A stretch of DNA of 64,000 bases from Vitrella brassicaformis CCMP3155 (Eukaryota > Protista > Chromerida). Shown here one piece after another: positions 1 to 12,400 of this stretch (its first letter is position 1; the number at the start of each line of letters is the position of its first letter). The notes beneath the pieces are model-generated. The model ran no database searches, was not told the origin of the DNA, and saw nothing but the letters and a program-made list of their open reading frames with translations. The stretch lies in contig CDMY01000263.1 of the NCBI GenBank assembly GCA_001179505.1, positions 1 to 64,000 on the forward strand. The letters run 5' to 3'. The position numbers and the translations under genes are program-made.

Positions 1-668
1 GGCGGCGGGAGGGCGGGAGCATGAGGTTGCTGCATGGCGACATGCACCCAGACAACCTCATGGTCACCGGCACTGTGGGCAGCGCTGAGAGCGCGCCGGC
101 CCTCGACATTCGGCACATCGACCATGAGTGCATCCATGAGGTTACGACGGAGCGGCTGCACTGTCAGGTGGGCACCCCCGATTGCTACGTGCCCCTCAAC
201 TACCGCCTCGCTCTCGCCCGAGACAAGCACTTCCAGCCCGACAGCCAAGGCACCGACAGCTACGGGGTGGTAGTGGGGGTGGCGTTCGCTGCCTTGGCTG
301 GCTATGAGCGGCTGGCCAGTCGCTTCCAGGGCTGGGCGGGACTGAAGCCGTATCCCCCGGGCAACTTCGTGAGCGTGTGGTCCGTGCCGAAGCGGCAGAT
401 CAAGAACATGCTCATGACCACGGAGGGCAAGAAGAAGCTGCTGGAGGGAGAGGGCCTGCGGATGGAGCAGCAGATGCACAACGGCATGATGCAGGCCATC
501 AACGCGGCCATCGAGCGGGAGGAGCGGGCGAGGACGGCCAGCAGAGAGGAGCTGAACGACCTGTACATCGCCAAGGAGTGCTTCTCCTTCGTCCGCCCCC
601 AGGAGGAGCCCTTCACCCAGCCCCTCGACACACTCATTGAGCGCATCGACCGCATCATCCAACAATGA
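1..668 (+). CDS. Protein kinase-like protein, C-terminal part (5' truncated, no intron in view)
   Basis: The frame is open from the window start. It has the catalytic-loop-like LLHGDMHPDNLMV, DHE at the DFG position, a P+1-loop-like GTPDCYVP and D-S-Y in subdomain IX. Stop TGA at 666-668. Confidence 0.65.
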   Translation, partial: RREGGSMRLLHGDMHPDNLMVTGTVGSAESAPALDIRHIDHECIHEVTTERLHCQVGTPDCYVPLNYRLALARDKHFQPDSQGTDSYGVVVGVAFAALAGYERLASRFQGWAGLKPYPPGNFVSVWSVPKRQIKNMLMTTEGKKKLLEGEGLRMEQQMHNGMMQAINAAIEREERARTASREELNDLYIAKECFSFVRPQEEPFTQPLDTLIERIDRIIQQ

Positions 669-1222
669 GGCGCAGTCCGCCGCTTCCACGACGGCCATGA
701 GCAGCAGGCAGCCATCGGGGGCCTCGTGCATCAGCGGTTGCTGGCTGTGGCTGAGTCCAATGGTCTCAAATGCGACATGGTGGCACCGCTGTCTACATTT
801 TATATCAGTGAGGCTTTTGCTATCTTGAACCTGTCGCGCCCTTTTATGGCACATTCATGTGTGCCCAAGAGACCGTCTGGAGTCGATTGAGCTTAAAGAA
901 ATTCAGCTGTCCTCCTCCATGGTCCCCCTGCCCACGATGCATCCAACCATCCACTGATAGAAACCCATACAAGAGAGACGACACTTGATAAACCCAACGA
1001 CACGCACCACACAGTAACGAACGGGCCTCATATATAAAGAACCACAACGACCTACTGCCTCACCCGCCTCTCCCACCCGCCCCCACCAGCCCCGAACAAA
1101 TCACTCAGCCGTTTTGATCGCCCGCAGACGGCACACACGACAAACAAATACACCTCAAACAAATGCACCTAAATGCCTGTCTGTCGTATCTACCGGACAC
1201 ACTCCGGCATACACGGCCCTTA

Positions 1223-3667
1223 TCAGATATCCTTCTTGCCCTCTTCCTTGTCATGGCTGTCCCGCTTGATGAACTTGACGCGCAGGCCATTGGGCTTCAG
1301 CACACCGCCGATGACTGCACCGCACCCAACACATCGTGTCCACACACAGAGAGGAGGGGACATGACCCATGCGGTGACCGACCAGAGAGAAGGTGCGTGC
1401 AGGCTTGGTGGCTTACATTCTGTCTCGTCCGTCTCGAGATGGTATCTCTGGCACAGCATGGCCATCGTCACCACCACCTCCTGACACACATACACACACA
1501 CACACACACACACATGTGAGAAACATACACCAGTTAGCCCTCCCCACACACCACAGACCTGCATGGCGAACCGCTGTCCGATGCAAGCCCTTGGCCCGGC
1601 CGAGAAAGGCGCGTAGAGAGCGTCGTTAGTCTTGTTGTCGCCCTTCCAGCCAGACTGTCCTTGCGGGTCCATTCGGTCCGGGTCGAAGACGTGTGGCTGT
1701 GGGTAGTGGGCGGGGTGGTGGTGCGGCATGATGAAGAAGGCAATCACATTTGTACCCTTGGGGATCTTCACACCACATATCTCGACGTCCCTGGACACAC
1801 GCAGGAAGACCGACCGCCGTCCTTCTGCAGACACGTGTGTGCGCGTGTGGGGGTACCTGACAGCCACGCGCTGGACGCCGCCAGGGCGCATTCGCAGAGC
1901 CTCCTTCATCACTTGCTGGGTGTAGGTCAGCTGGCCGTATGTGGCGGCACAGGGATCCTCACCCTGCACACACAACCGACACACAGACACAGGTGCGCAG
2001 CACCGATCAAAGGTTGGTTGAAACATAGTGTGTTTGGCAGCTCACCTGCAGCACTCGGTCTGCCTCTTCCTGCAGCCTTTTCTGCACCTGGGTGTTCTCA
2101 GGTCTGCCGACAAAGTACATGAGCCACGACAGGATGGTGGACGTCGTCTCGTGCCCAGCTGCAGACGCAGCAAGGAAACCGCCACAAACAATGCTGCAGT
2201 CACTGGGGGCATTTTGCCTGACGTGTGTGTGTGCTGCACTGCCAGCATACCGAGGAGCATGGTGAGTGCCTCGGATATGATGAGGTCATCCGGCAGCCGC
2301 TCGCCCGTCTCAGGATCCTTCGCCTGCACCAACCAAAACCACAACCACACAAGTTCTCCTTCAAACAAGGCCCTTCACATGCCAACTCCCTCGCTCCCAC
2401 CTTGATCATGGCCGTAACGAGGTCGCCCTTGTCCTGAGCCTGATCCCCCTTCTCAGCCGTCTCCTCCCTCCTTCTGTCGATGAGCCTCTGGATGGTGCTG
2501 CGAATCTGACGAATGGTCCGCAACATCCGCACTGTGGGCGGCAGCGGCAGGTAGTCCATCAGCCGGCCAAGCAGCAACTTGCCAATCAGATACCTGCAGG
2601 CAGGGATGGAACGATTGCCATCATTATTGACTGAGTGCACCTATTTCATTCTCTTCTGGTGGCAAGGGGGAATGATACCCATAGTTCGCCGTGAAGAGGT
2701 CCTTCCACACCGAATGCATCCACTCCCTGTCGAGATCGCTCCCAAACATCCCGTCGATGACCACGCCAAGCGCCAGGTGCCCAAACAGATCCACAGCGAT
2801 GGTCGATGGGTTGCCGCCCTCATCGACAGTCCACCTGACGCTGCTCCCCTTGGCCTCGGTGTCGTCATCGGCGGTGTCCTTCTGGTTGCGGCGTTTTTCG
2901 ATGAGGGCGATGGTCTTGTGGACCTGCGCCACTGTGGCCGGCAGCGCCACGTCACGGATCTGGGCGTAGTGGAAAAGCGGTGTCAGCAGCTTCCTCTCAT
3001 GTCTGAAACACCGCACATATCACTCTCCAGTCGATGGCTTTGCCGTCTGGTCTCGTCATGCCTAACATACCTCCATTCGTCACCCTCTGACACCACCAGT
3101 CCCTGCGGTATGATGCGGCTAATCATGTTCTTGAATGTCTCGGGCTTGACAAAGTCCACAGTGTCGCGCGAGGTGACCTGCCGAACGGCCTCAGGACTCA
3201 TCGCCATGACTTCGTGGCTGACACACACACACAGAGAGAGAGAGAGGGAAGCCGCCATACGTATCTATCCACATGCACTTGGTGACAGAACAGAGTGCTG
3301 CTCTCCCACCTCCCTGAGACGTTGATGCCGGCATACACCAGGTCAGGACAGCCGCCCTCCGCACTGTACAGCTTCTGCATCCTCTCCCAGGTCCTGACAC
3401 ACACACACACACACGCACACGCGAAGTCCTTCAGCCGTTTGTCCCGGAGCGGCTGTATGTCACCGTGACTGACCTTTTCAGGCCGCTTCGCTGGTCGAGT
3501 GCCTCCAGAGTAGCAAGGCCGGTCCATCTGGACGCCATGCTGTGTCTGATGGCACGGTATCTGTAGCGAGTCAGATATGCGAGGAGGAACCGCAGGAACA
3601 GCTGGATGACGCCAGCGGCCAACAGGCCGAGCAGAGTCCATCCAGTGAGTGTCAGGATGACCCACAT
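1223..3667 (-). CDS. Cytochrome P450 (multi-exon)
   Basis: N-terminal TM anchor (MWVILTLTGWTLLGLLAAGVIQLFL). The spliced I-helix reads LAGHETT. Also ExxR (EALRMRP), a PERF-like FDPDRM and the heme motif FSAGPRACIG. Confidence 0.95.
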
Positions 3668-3720
3668 GGCTGCCTTCAGAGCGCGAAGAAGCCAGATCTT
3701 TGATTCGATCCCCTCCGGCT

Positions 3721-3742
3721 AAGCTCGCAATCAAGCTCGCAA
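3721..3742 (+). promoter_or_regulatory. Candidate promoter motif AAGCTCGCAA x2 in the 144-bp CYP/NPRL2 divergent gap
   Basis: Copies at 3721 and 3733. The same motif recurs at other gene starts. Confidence 0.55.
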
Positions 3743-3811
3743 TTTGTGTGAAAAAAGATCCGCCTGTGGAAGGCCTTCAGAGGGCCGTGTATGCGCGTGT
3801 GAGGGAGCGTG

Positions 3812-6311
3812 ATGAGTTCAGATCATCCCGAAAGCCACGGCGGCGGTGGTTTCATCTACGCACTCATGTACTGCAAGTTTGACCAGGAGAAGGGACCGAG
3901 AATCGTGTGCACAGACCCCCCGGGGTGACCACAACGCACCCACCAACACATCGGGATGAATGCTTCCATTTTTCCTGTGCTGTATGTTGGTGTTGGTGGT
4001 GGGTCAGTGTGTTCGAGGGTCAGTTCCACCTGATATCAAAGTACTTCCTCCCCAACCGCGAGATCAACGGCAAAGTCATCTCAATGTATGCTGCACACAC
4101 ACAAACGGACACAGACATGTGCACCCAATCGGGAGCAGCCGACACACTGTTTTGTGTGTGTGTGTGTGTGTGATGTGTAGGCGATTGGACCACTGGCGTG
4201 TGATGGGTGTGCCGATGCAGATAGAGGGCCACACGTACTCGAGGAACAACTTCCAGTACGTCCTCTGCCTCATCGTCGACGCCACCGAGAAGGCCATACA
4301 CGTGTTCCGATCCATCGCCATACACATCGCCGCCATCTTCCACTCTCTTGAGGTGGGGGGGGTGAATGACAGACAGACAGACAGACAGACAGACCACGTG
4401 CAGGAATGTCTGTCTGTCTGTGTGTGTGTGCCATCCATCCCATGTTGTTTGTTGTGCAGACTGAGGTGAGTTTTCTGTCGCAGATCGAGAATGAGGATTG
4501 GATCGGCCGGACGCTGCACACGCTGAGGCGGCAGCTCAACAGCCACAGGCAGGGAGAGCCCACCATTTGCCACCTGCACATTGGTACGGACACACACATT
4601 GACTTGGCAAACACTCGTGCAGTGCGTGGAGTGCGTGAGCCCATTGATCCCTTGCCGATCCTCAGACTCATGGAACAACGTTTGCTTCGTGGCCCGCCCC
4701 ACACACGAAGCGCCGCAGGACATATCCATCGCTCAAGTGCGTGAGCGCGCCGCCAAAACACTCACGCACAGAGGACATCCCGTGTGGCATTCATTCTGTT
4801 CAGGTGCCCTTGCCGCTGGTGGAGCTGACGCAGCTGGTGTGTGGCGGCGGGCAGATGGGCAGCATGCACCTCGACCTCGACCTCACCCTCATGCAAGTCA
4901 GTGGAAACAAATGTGTATGGAGCCAACTAACTAACAGCTGTGTGTGGAATGCCTGGCCTGGCAGGTTCTTCCCTTCATCGACGGGATGGCGTCGGTCCGG
5001 GACATTGCACGTACGTACGTGAGTGACCTAACTGACCAACTCACGAATGAGCTCATGCGTCAGTCAGTCAGTCAGTCATTTGTGTCTGCGTGTCTGTCTG
5101 CACTCACTGCCCGGCAGGTCGGTGTCAGGTGGAGGAGAACGACGTCAAGAAGTGTCTGCAGCACCTGCTCTACTACGGACTCATCAAAATGATCGACACT
5201 TTCGCCGTGAGTGAGCCAACCAAACCACTCACCCACAGGTGTCAGTCATGTGTTTCATGCTGGCCGGCTGCAGATGACCAACATATATCGTTTGAATGCC
5301 CATAGCTTCCTGACGTGCTTCGCCGACCCCGCCATACGCAAGCAGGCGCCCGCCTATGTGGTCGGCGGCCCATCAGGTGCGCTGCGCGACGGACGAAACC
5401 TCAATCGTGTGTGTTGATGGATGCACGGCGATTTAGAATGCTCTCTGTCTGTCATTGCCTACTCATTTTCGCCACAGTCGAGAAGAGTCTGGCTGCCAAG
5501 GGAGGTGCGCACCAAGGCACTATGCATTCATCAGTCCGTCTTTAATCGATCCATGCGTGTGTGTGACCATGTCTGTCTGTCTGTCAGTTCGTCCCATCCC
5601 GGTGTGTCTGCTGCAGCGCCTCTACTGTGACATCCGCGAGTCGGGCACTCACGTCAAAACAGGGGTGGGTGGGTAAAAGAACCCACACACACAATCACCA
5701 GGCCAGCCAGACAGACAGGCAGACATGCACCTGTCCTGTCCTGTGCATGCCGTTACTTCCTGACAGGATCTCAACGACTTCTGCAGCCGCAACGCTGCCC
5801 TGCTGTCGTCCTACGGCCTGTCGCCCCGGCACCTCATCGCCTTCGGCCGCAGACACGGATTCATCGACCGGGTGCATGAGTACCCCGTCATAACAACTGC
5901 GGCCAGTGGCGGTGCTGCTGGTGGTGGGGGGGCTGGTGCGAAAGGCGCCAGCACTGGGGTGGGGGAGAGTGACAGCAGGGACTCACGGGCCGCCAAAGTC
6001 AAGAGGTAGGTGGGTCAGGGGAGGGAGGAAAGCTGTATGCGCGCAGGACTGGATGGTGGATGTGTGTGTTGGTCGTGGTGTCGCTGACTGCAGTATGTGT
6101 GAGGGTCGGCACCACCTCGACTACATCCAGACCGTCATGGGAATGGACAGACAGGTGTGAATGCACACACACACACATCCATGGATGCCATATGGACTTA
6201 CTGAGTGAGACACTGAGGACGGACGTGTGTGGTCATCAGGGTGTGATGGATCTGCTGGATGCCGTCAAGAGGGCCGACCCCTCCATGTCACTGGTGTGGA
6301 TTCGGGCGTAG
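3812..6311 (+). CDS. NPRL2: Nitrogen permease regulator 2-like, GATOR1 subunit (multi-exon)
   Basis: Exon peptides KFDQEKGPRIV, GVPMQIEGHTYSRNNFQYVLCLIV, DLTLMQVLPFIDG and VKKCLQHLLYYGLIKMID parallel the NPRL2 motifs GYPVCIEHKKYSRN, WDLTTQQILPYIDG and IQNLLYYG. Confidence 0.9.
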
Positions 6312-7714
6312 ATTGTACAGACAGATGGATGGATGAATGGATGGTATGGTGCCATCATTGTGTGTGTGTATAGTAGAGTCAGTGCTGTCTCTGTGATGCA
6401 CGTAAAGACAGACGAGTGGACGACACGTGCATTGCATTGCTGGACTTACATAATACGCCGTGAACAAGGCAGCCTTGCACGCCAGCAGCCAAGGAAGCCA
6501 CATACGGAGGTCCACACCAACATGCACACACGCCAACCTAGTGTCTGCACGCACACACAAACGACAGACAGACAGACAGACAGACGGACGGACGGACAGG
6601 CAGCCATGCAGCCATACACACACATTCACACACATTCACACACACACACACGCACGCAGCCAGACGAACGGACGAAAAACGGCCACCGGGCATGAATTCA
6701 TTTGTCGTCAGCAAGGGGATGAGTGAGTGAGTACGCAAGGCAGTCAGTAAGTGTCCTTCTTAAATTTATCGACTGAATTGTTCGATTCACCCACCGATCT
6801 CTCTCTGTTCGCAACGCATCGCATCAGCAGATAGGGGGACAAGGCAAAAAAGCAAAAAAGGGGACCGGCAAATTTGCTGGTGCATTGTCCCCCTCGTGCA
6901 ATCCTTTCTCACCAGCCAACCAACCAATACACAGTTAACTGTGTATTGGTTGGCTGGTGAGAAAGGATTGCACGAGAGAGACAATACAACAGCAGCCAGC
7001 AAGGAATGGGGTGTGTATGTCGGATGGGCAGCCAGGCAGGTAGCACACAATACGTCAGTCAAGACAGCACAAACAGAATGGCCCTGATGTCGGATTTCGT
7101 ATGGTGGTTGGTCCTGATGAAGCCGAGCCGACTGGTGTGACGTCACCTCCTTGGCACACCACACCGGCCAGCCTCGTCGAGGGCAGCCACCGTGTCGAAC
7201 CCGGCAAAGCACACGACACTTGGCAAGATGGCTGCAATGCACCGATGGAGGGATGGACCTGGCCTGCCCCAAATCTGTCTGCCGCCTACTCCACTCCCAC
7301 TGCTTAAAAACAAAAGCGGGCGGAAAGATGTTTTGATGCTTGACAGACAAAGAGACGCTATCTATCTATCTATGTGAACAAACGGCCTGGCTGATGAACG
7401 GACGGGTGGATGAACTGACCGACGGACCGACCGATACACTGTCTGACTGACCTATACCACCCACCAGTCAGTCAATATCTATGTATGTATGTATGTATAT
7501 ATGTGGATGGGGTATGTATGGTATGTACGCAACGCACACGGACAGACACATACGGTGTGTGGTTATAAGGTGTACATACATAACATACATACCTCACACA
7601 CACAGTCGGCCTGCCTGCCAGCCAGCCATTTAGCCCGCCCTGCCTGCATACTGACTGACTGACTGATAAAACCCAACCTCTGTCCGCCTCATTCGCCCAT
7701 CTCCCATCCATCCC

Positions 7715-9032
7715 TCACTGTCTCTGTGTGGCCTGCTGCCCACTAGACCCCCCGCCAGACCCCTTGCTCTTGGACTGGTCGTTGTAGTATCTCTTCTTCC
7801 CGCCCTTGCCGTTGCCCTTCGGCCCCGACGACCCCTGACCACCACCGCCGCCGCCACTGCCCCTGCCCTGCACTGCCGACCGCTTGGCGCACCCCATGCA
7901 CCGGCACACCGAGCAGAGGGTGCAGGTGAGCAGCTTCCAGCCGAGCCGCAGGGGGATGAGCCAGAGGAGGTAGGCCATGAGGCAGAAGTAGATGAGCGAG
8001 AGGGCCTTGTCTGGCAGACTGGGGGGGATCAGCGGCCGCAGGTCGGGGTACGCCAGGAAGAAACCGCTGCCGTCAAGAACTGCACACATGGACGCACGCG
8101 CACACACGCACACACACACACAAGTATTTAGGCAACCATGTCTGTGTGGGCTGGGCTGTGTGTGTGTGTGGTGTGTGTGTGTGGCTACCTCGTTCGATGG
8201 AGTTGTTGAGTTTGTCGAGGAGCGGCTGGCCGTGCGTCGCTTGCAGCTCCTGCGCCTTGGTGGCCGCCATGCCGGCATACTGCAGCGATCGCACCTTGAT
8301 GGTCTCCACGTGGGGGGCCATCTTGTCACTGTAGAACTTGCTCGCGCCCTGAAACACACACGCGAAGACAGACAAGCCAGCAGGCAAAAGCGATGTGGTG
8401 CATACACACAGAGGCACCGAGATCTCTTCGTGCCTGCCTCCGTTACCTACCGCGAGTTGTTTCTCTGCCATGGCGAATAGGGGCCTGACGGTTCCGGACA
8501 CAGTGGTCATGACCATCTCGACCTTCTCTGGCGGTATGCGCTGGCTGACGGCATCGAAGGCGTACTTGCCCACAGACAGCACCACCAGGCAGATCTCGCT
8601 CGCGTCATCCCACAGTTGGTCCAGAGAGTACAGGTACTCGTCAGACGCACTCTTGCCAGGCGCCGCAGCGGCCATGGTCTGCTCCATGTCGCTGATCTCC
8701 TTCTTGGCCTGGCCCAGCTTGTTCTCGAGGGAGGCGATCTTGGCGGCGTCCTGCTCGGACGCCTTGCTGGCGGCTGCCTTGGTCTGGGTCACGAACTGCT
8801 CCAGTTCGGTCTTCTTGTCCTCGAGCAGTTTCATCTGCGACTTGAGCTGCTCCTTGAGCTCCTTGTTGGCCTTCTTCTCGCTCTCGAGGGCGGTCTCCAG
8901 CTTCTGACGCTCTATATCGAACTCCTTGGCCTGGGCTATTTCGGATGGGCAAGACGGCGGGGCGTCGTCCTGGGCGGCGGCGGGGCACGCCACGAGACAT
9001 ACCAGCGCGCATAAGATGATGAGGGACCGCAT
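7715..9032 (-). CDS. Signal peptide + coiled-coil + C-terminal TM protein, unknown function
   Basis: Signal peptide MRSLIILCALVCLVACPAAAQ, a K/E-rich coiled coil, a hydrophobic segment LIYFCLMAYLLWLIPL, then a Cys-rich stretch and a G/K-rich tail. GT-AG introns join the ORF pieces. Confidence 0.75.
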
Positions 9033-9174
9033 GGTGGGATGGCGGCACTCAGAAGGTGATGATAGACAGACGGCGAAGCAGTGACGCAGATTCGCAGACG
9101 GGCACCTGCGCCCGAGTGAATGGCAGCTGAGAATGCGAATCACACGCGCATAGGGGAGAGAGAAAGCGATCGGC

Positions 9175-9184
9175 AAGCTCGCAA
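9175..9184 (+). promoter_or_regulatory. Candidate promoter motif AAGCTCGCAA
   Basis: In the divergent gap between the 9032 (-) and 9463 (+) starts. Confidence 0.5.
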
Positions 9185-9462
9185 AAGTGTTCGCATGCCT
9201 CCTTGTTGTCTTGAGACGTTCTCCGTTCCGCGTCAGGCCGAGTGAAGGTGTTCATGTCGATGAAACGCAGTGGACAGCCACTTATTGCTCTGTGAGGAGG
9301 TTCCAGCCTGCGACGAGTGATCATTCTGCTGATTCTCATCGTTGAGAGGCTATCGAGTGCACCAGCGCATCAGTCGAGGCTGGCTTGGTGAGGCCCCCAT
9401 TCGGCTTTATCGTTCAAGGGACTTCTGGGGCAGCAGCTGTGGTTGTGTGACCAGAGGGTGTG

Positions 9463-12400
9463 ATGTTTCCGGAGTGGGCGAAGCAATGGGGGTGTTTGCA
9501 GTCGGTTCAGGCGCTGCTCAAGGCCGCCAACTATCCCTTTGGCCTCGGCAGGCAGGGGTCCATCCACGAGCATGGCGAGAAGTTCCGAGCGATGGTGCTC
9601 AAGGAGCAGTACATCAAGAAGGGCCCTTACTGCTCCAACTTTATCAAGACGTCCAAGTATGAATGGTGGAATTTTGTGCCAAGTAAGCCAATGGGTCGAT
9701 GAATGGGTGGCTGAGTGTGTGTGCGTGTTTGTGGGTGTCTTGTGGGACACCTGCATGCATGTGCACGGGGCGGCGTGATGCGCATCTGCCGACGGACGGG
9801 CTGCTTGTGTGTGTCTGTTTGCAGAGTCTTTGTTTCATTTGTTTCGGCAAATTGCCAACTTTTACTTCTTGATCATTGCCATCCTCCAAACAAGTGGGCA
9901 GATCACACATACCCACCTCCCAATCACAGTGCTTCTTCCATCTCTCTCTCCCTGTCTGTCTGTCTGTCTGTGTGTGTCTGTGTGTCTTGTGTGTTCAGTC
10001 CCCGACATCTCTCCCCTGCAGCCCTTTTCTGCGTGGGTCCCCCTGTTGTTCGTGCTGTCGGTGTCGATGATCCGAGAGGGGTCAGAAGACATCGTAAGCA
10101 AAGCCCAAACGGACAGAAACCCACACAAACCGCCCATCTGCCTTTGCATGAGTGTGTCTGTGGTCTATGTGTGTCAGCGGCGTCACCGGTCTGACAGGCG
10201 GACCAATTCGCAGAAGACCAGGGTGCTCAGGGACCAGACATGGGTCGAGACCAGATGGTACGTACGTATGCACGTGCTGCGGATGGATGGACTGACTGAC
10301 TGACTCATTGATTGATGCTTCGTTATCATTTGCTGGTCGCAGGCTTGATGTTCAAGTGGGGGATATCATCCAGGTCCTCGGGAGAGAGGTGCGCAGCGTT
10401 ATGAGTACATAGCCACTTATCGGAGTGTTGCGCACGCTCACATCTCTATCTTTCTGTCTCTCCGGTGATGATGGATCAGTCTGTGCCGGCGGATTTGATC
10501 CTGCTGCAGTCGTCGACGTCCGACGGCAAGTGCTTCATACAGACAGCTTCGCTCGACGGGTGTGTGACTCTTACATACCTCCCGCGAGCAGAGAGAGAAA
10601 TCGGATTGTTGGTCTGTTGTTTGTTTGTGTGTCCTTCTGTGTGTGTCACTGTCTGGTCTGCAGTGAGACGAACCTGAAGCCCCGGTCCGTGCTGCCTCAG
10701 GCGGTAGACATGAACAACAATCAGCTTGTCGGTACGCAAAGCAACCAACCACCAAACACATACAAAGTGTGTCGACTGACTGATTCGTTGACTGATCGAC
10801 CGACTGTTCAGGTCTCCGCTTTGAGACGGAAGAGCCCCGAGGCTCTCTGGAGGACTTCGACGCGCGGCTGTACCTGCCCACGGCATCGTCGCCCGAGGAG
10901 AGGTACCCCGTCACCATCGAAAACTTCCTCCCCAGAGTGAGCATACACAGCAGCAGAAAACCATTCGCACGCATCGCATCCACTTGTGTCTGTGTCCATC
11001 ATGGGTATGTATGTGTTTAGGAGTCTTACCTTCGCCACGTCGACTGGATATTGGGAGCAGTCGTCTTCACCGGTGGGTCCGCACAACCACACACACACGA
11101 GACAGACAGACAGACAGACAGGCAACCAACACACTCACTTTGCCATCTTGATGCCTGTCTGTCTGTGTCGGTGCAGGTCACGACACGCGCGTGATGAAGG
11201 GCCAGGCTCCTCCGCCGCAGAAGCTGTCTGCGATGGACAGGATGGTCAACAGGCTGGTCCTCAGCATGATGATGTTCCAGGCATGCGTGTGCGCCACTCT
11301 GGCATTCCTCAACTTCGCTTGGCACGTAAGCAACTCCCGGACCTGCCTTCATGCGTGCCGGTCCCTTGTGTGTGTCGCTCACTCACACACACCCGTGTTG
11401 TGTTGTGTTTTGTTGTGTTGTGTGCAGGAGCGGAATCGGGATGGTTGGTATTTGGACGACGGCCTTTTTGAGTTTAAGCTAGAGGGTATGGATGTATGGA
11501 TCCGATCCGCACTTGGGACGAGTGGTGGTTGTCATATGTTGGTTTGGTTCTTTTCCTGCTCGTTGGTTGACATGGTGCAGATTACGCGACGCTGACGTTT
11601 TGGTCCTATGTGCTGCTGATGAACACCATGATCCCCATTTCGCTCCTGGTGTCCATCGAAATGGTCAAATTCGTCCAGGCGCTCTTCATCGGTCGGTTCG
11701 GTCGATGCGCACACAAACATGCACACACCAGGCACACATAGGGACCGAAGCATATTATGTTCCTTCCGGCTGCATGAATCGAATCAGGGTGGGACATCCA
11801 GATGATGTACATCGAGACGGACAGATCAGGAGGAGCCACAAAGCGGGTGGGCCACCACACACACCAGGCACACGAACTTGTGTGCGACCATGTGTGTGCC
11901 CCGCTGTCTACAGTGGGCTTCCTGGTCGACATCCACACTCAACGAGGAGCTGGGTCAGGTGCGGTACGTCTTCTCCGACAAGACCGGCACACTCACCACC
12001 AACATGATGGAATTCAGAGCTTGCACCGTCGGCAAAAGGAGGTACACACCCACACATCCATGGAACCATCCACAGCACACACAAGCACCCATTCACGCGT
12101 GTGTGTAGATATGGTATGGGTGGAGAGGAGAGCACCTTCACGCCGATGCCGCGGACGTACAGCGACGACCAGCGGCGGGCGTCACGCCTCATGGACATCG
12201 CACTCGGCTTCGACGACTCGTGGCTCATCAACGGTACACACACATATACATATACACTCACCTTGGTAACGATCCACATCAACACACATCATGCATGGCT
12301 CGTTGGTTGTGTGTCAGACCTGACGACTGAGCGTGCTTTGGACGAGCGGATGGACCTGGGCAACGGTATGGTGTTGACGCACCACAGCCAGGTGGTGGAG

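Noticed and set aside
2579-3325. 248-aa plus-strand ORF
   Set aside because: Antisense shadow of P450 exons.
6312-7714. 1.4-kb ORF-poor interval as an ncRNA locus
   Set aside because: It lies between convergent genes and consists of simple repeats. No tRNA, snRNA or stable-structure signature was recognised.
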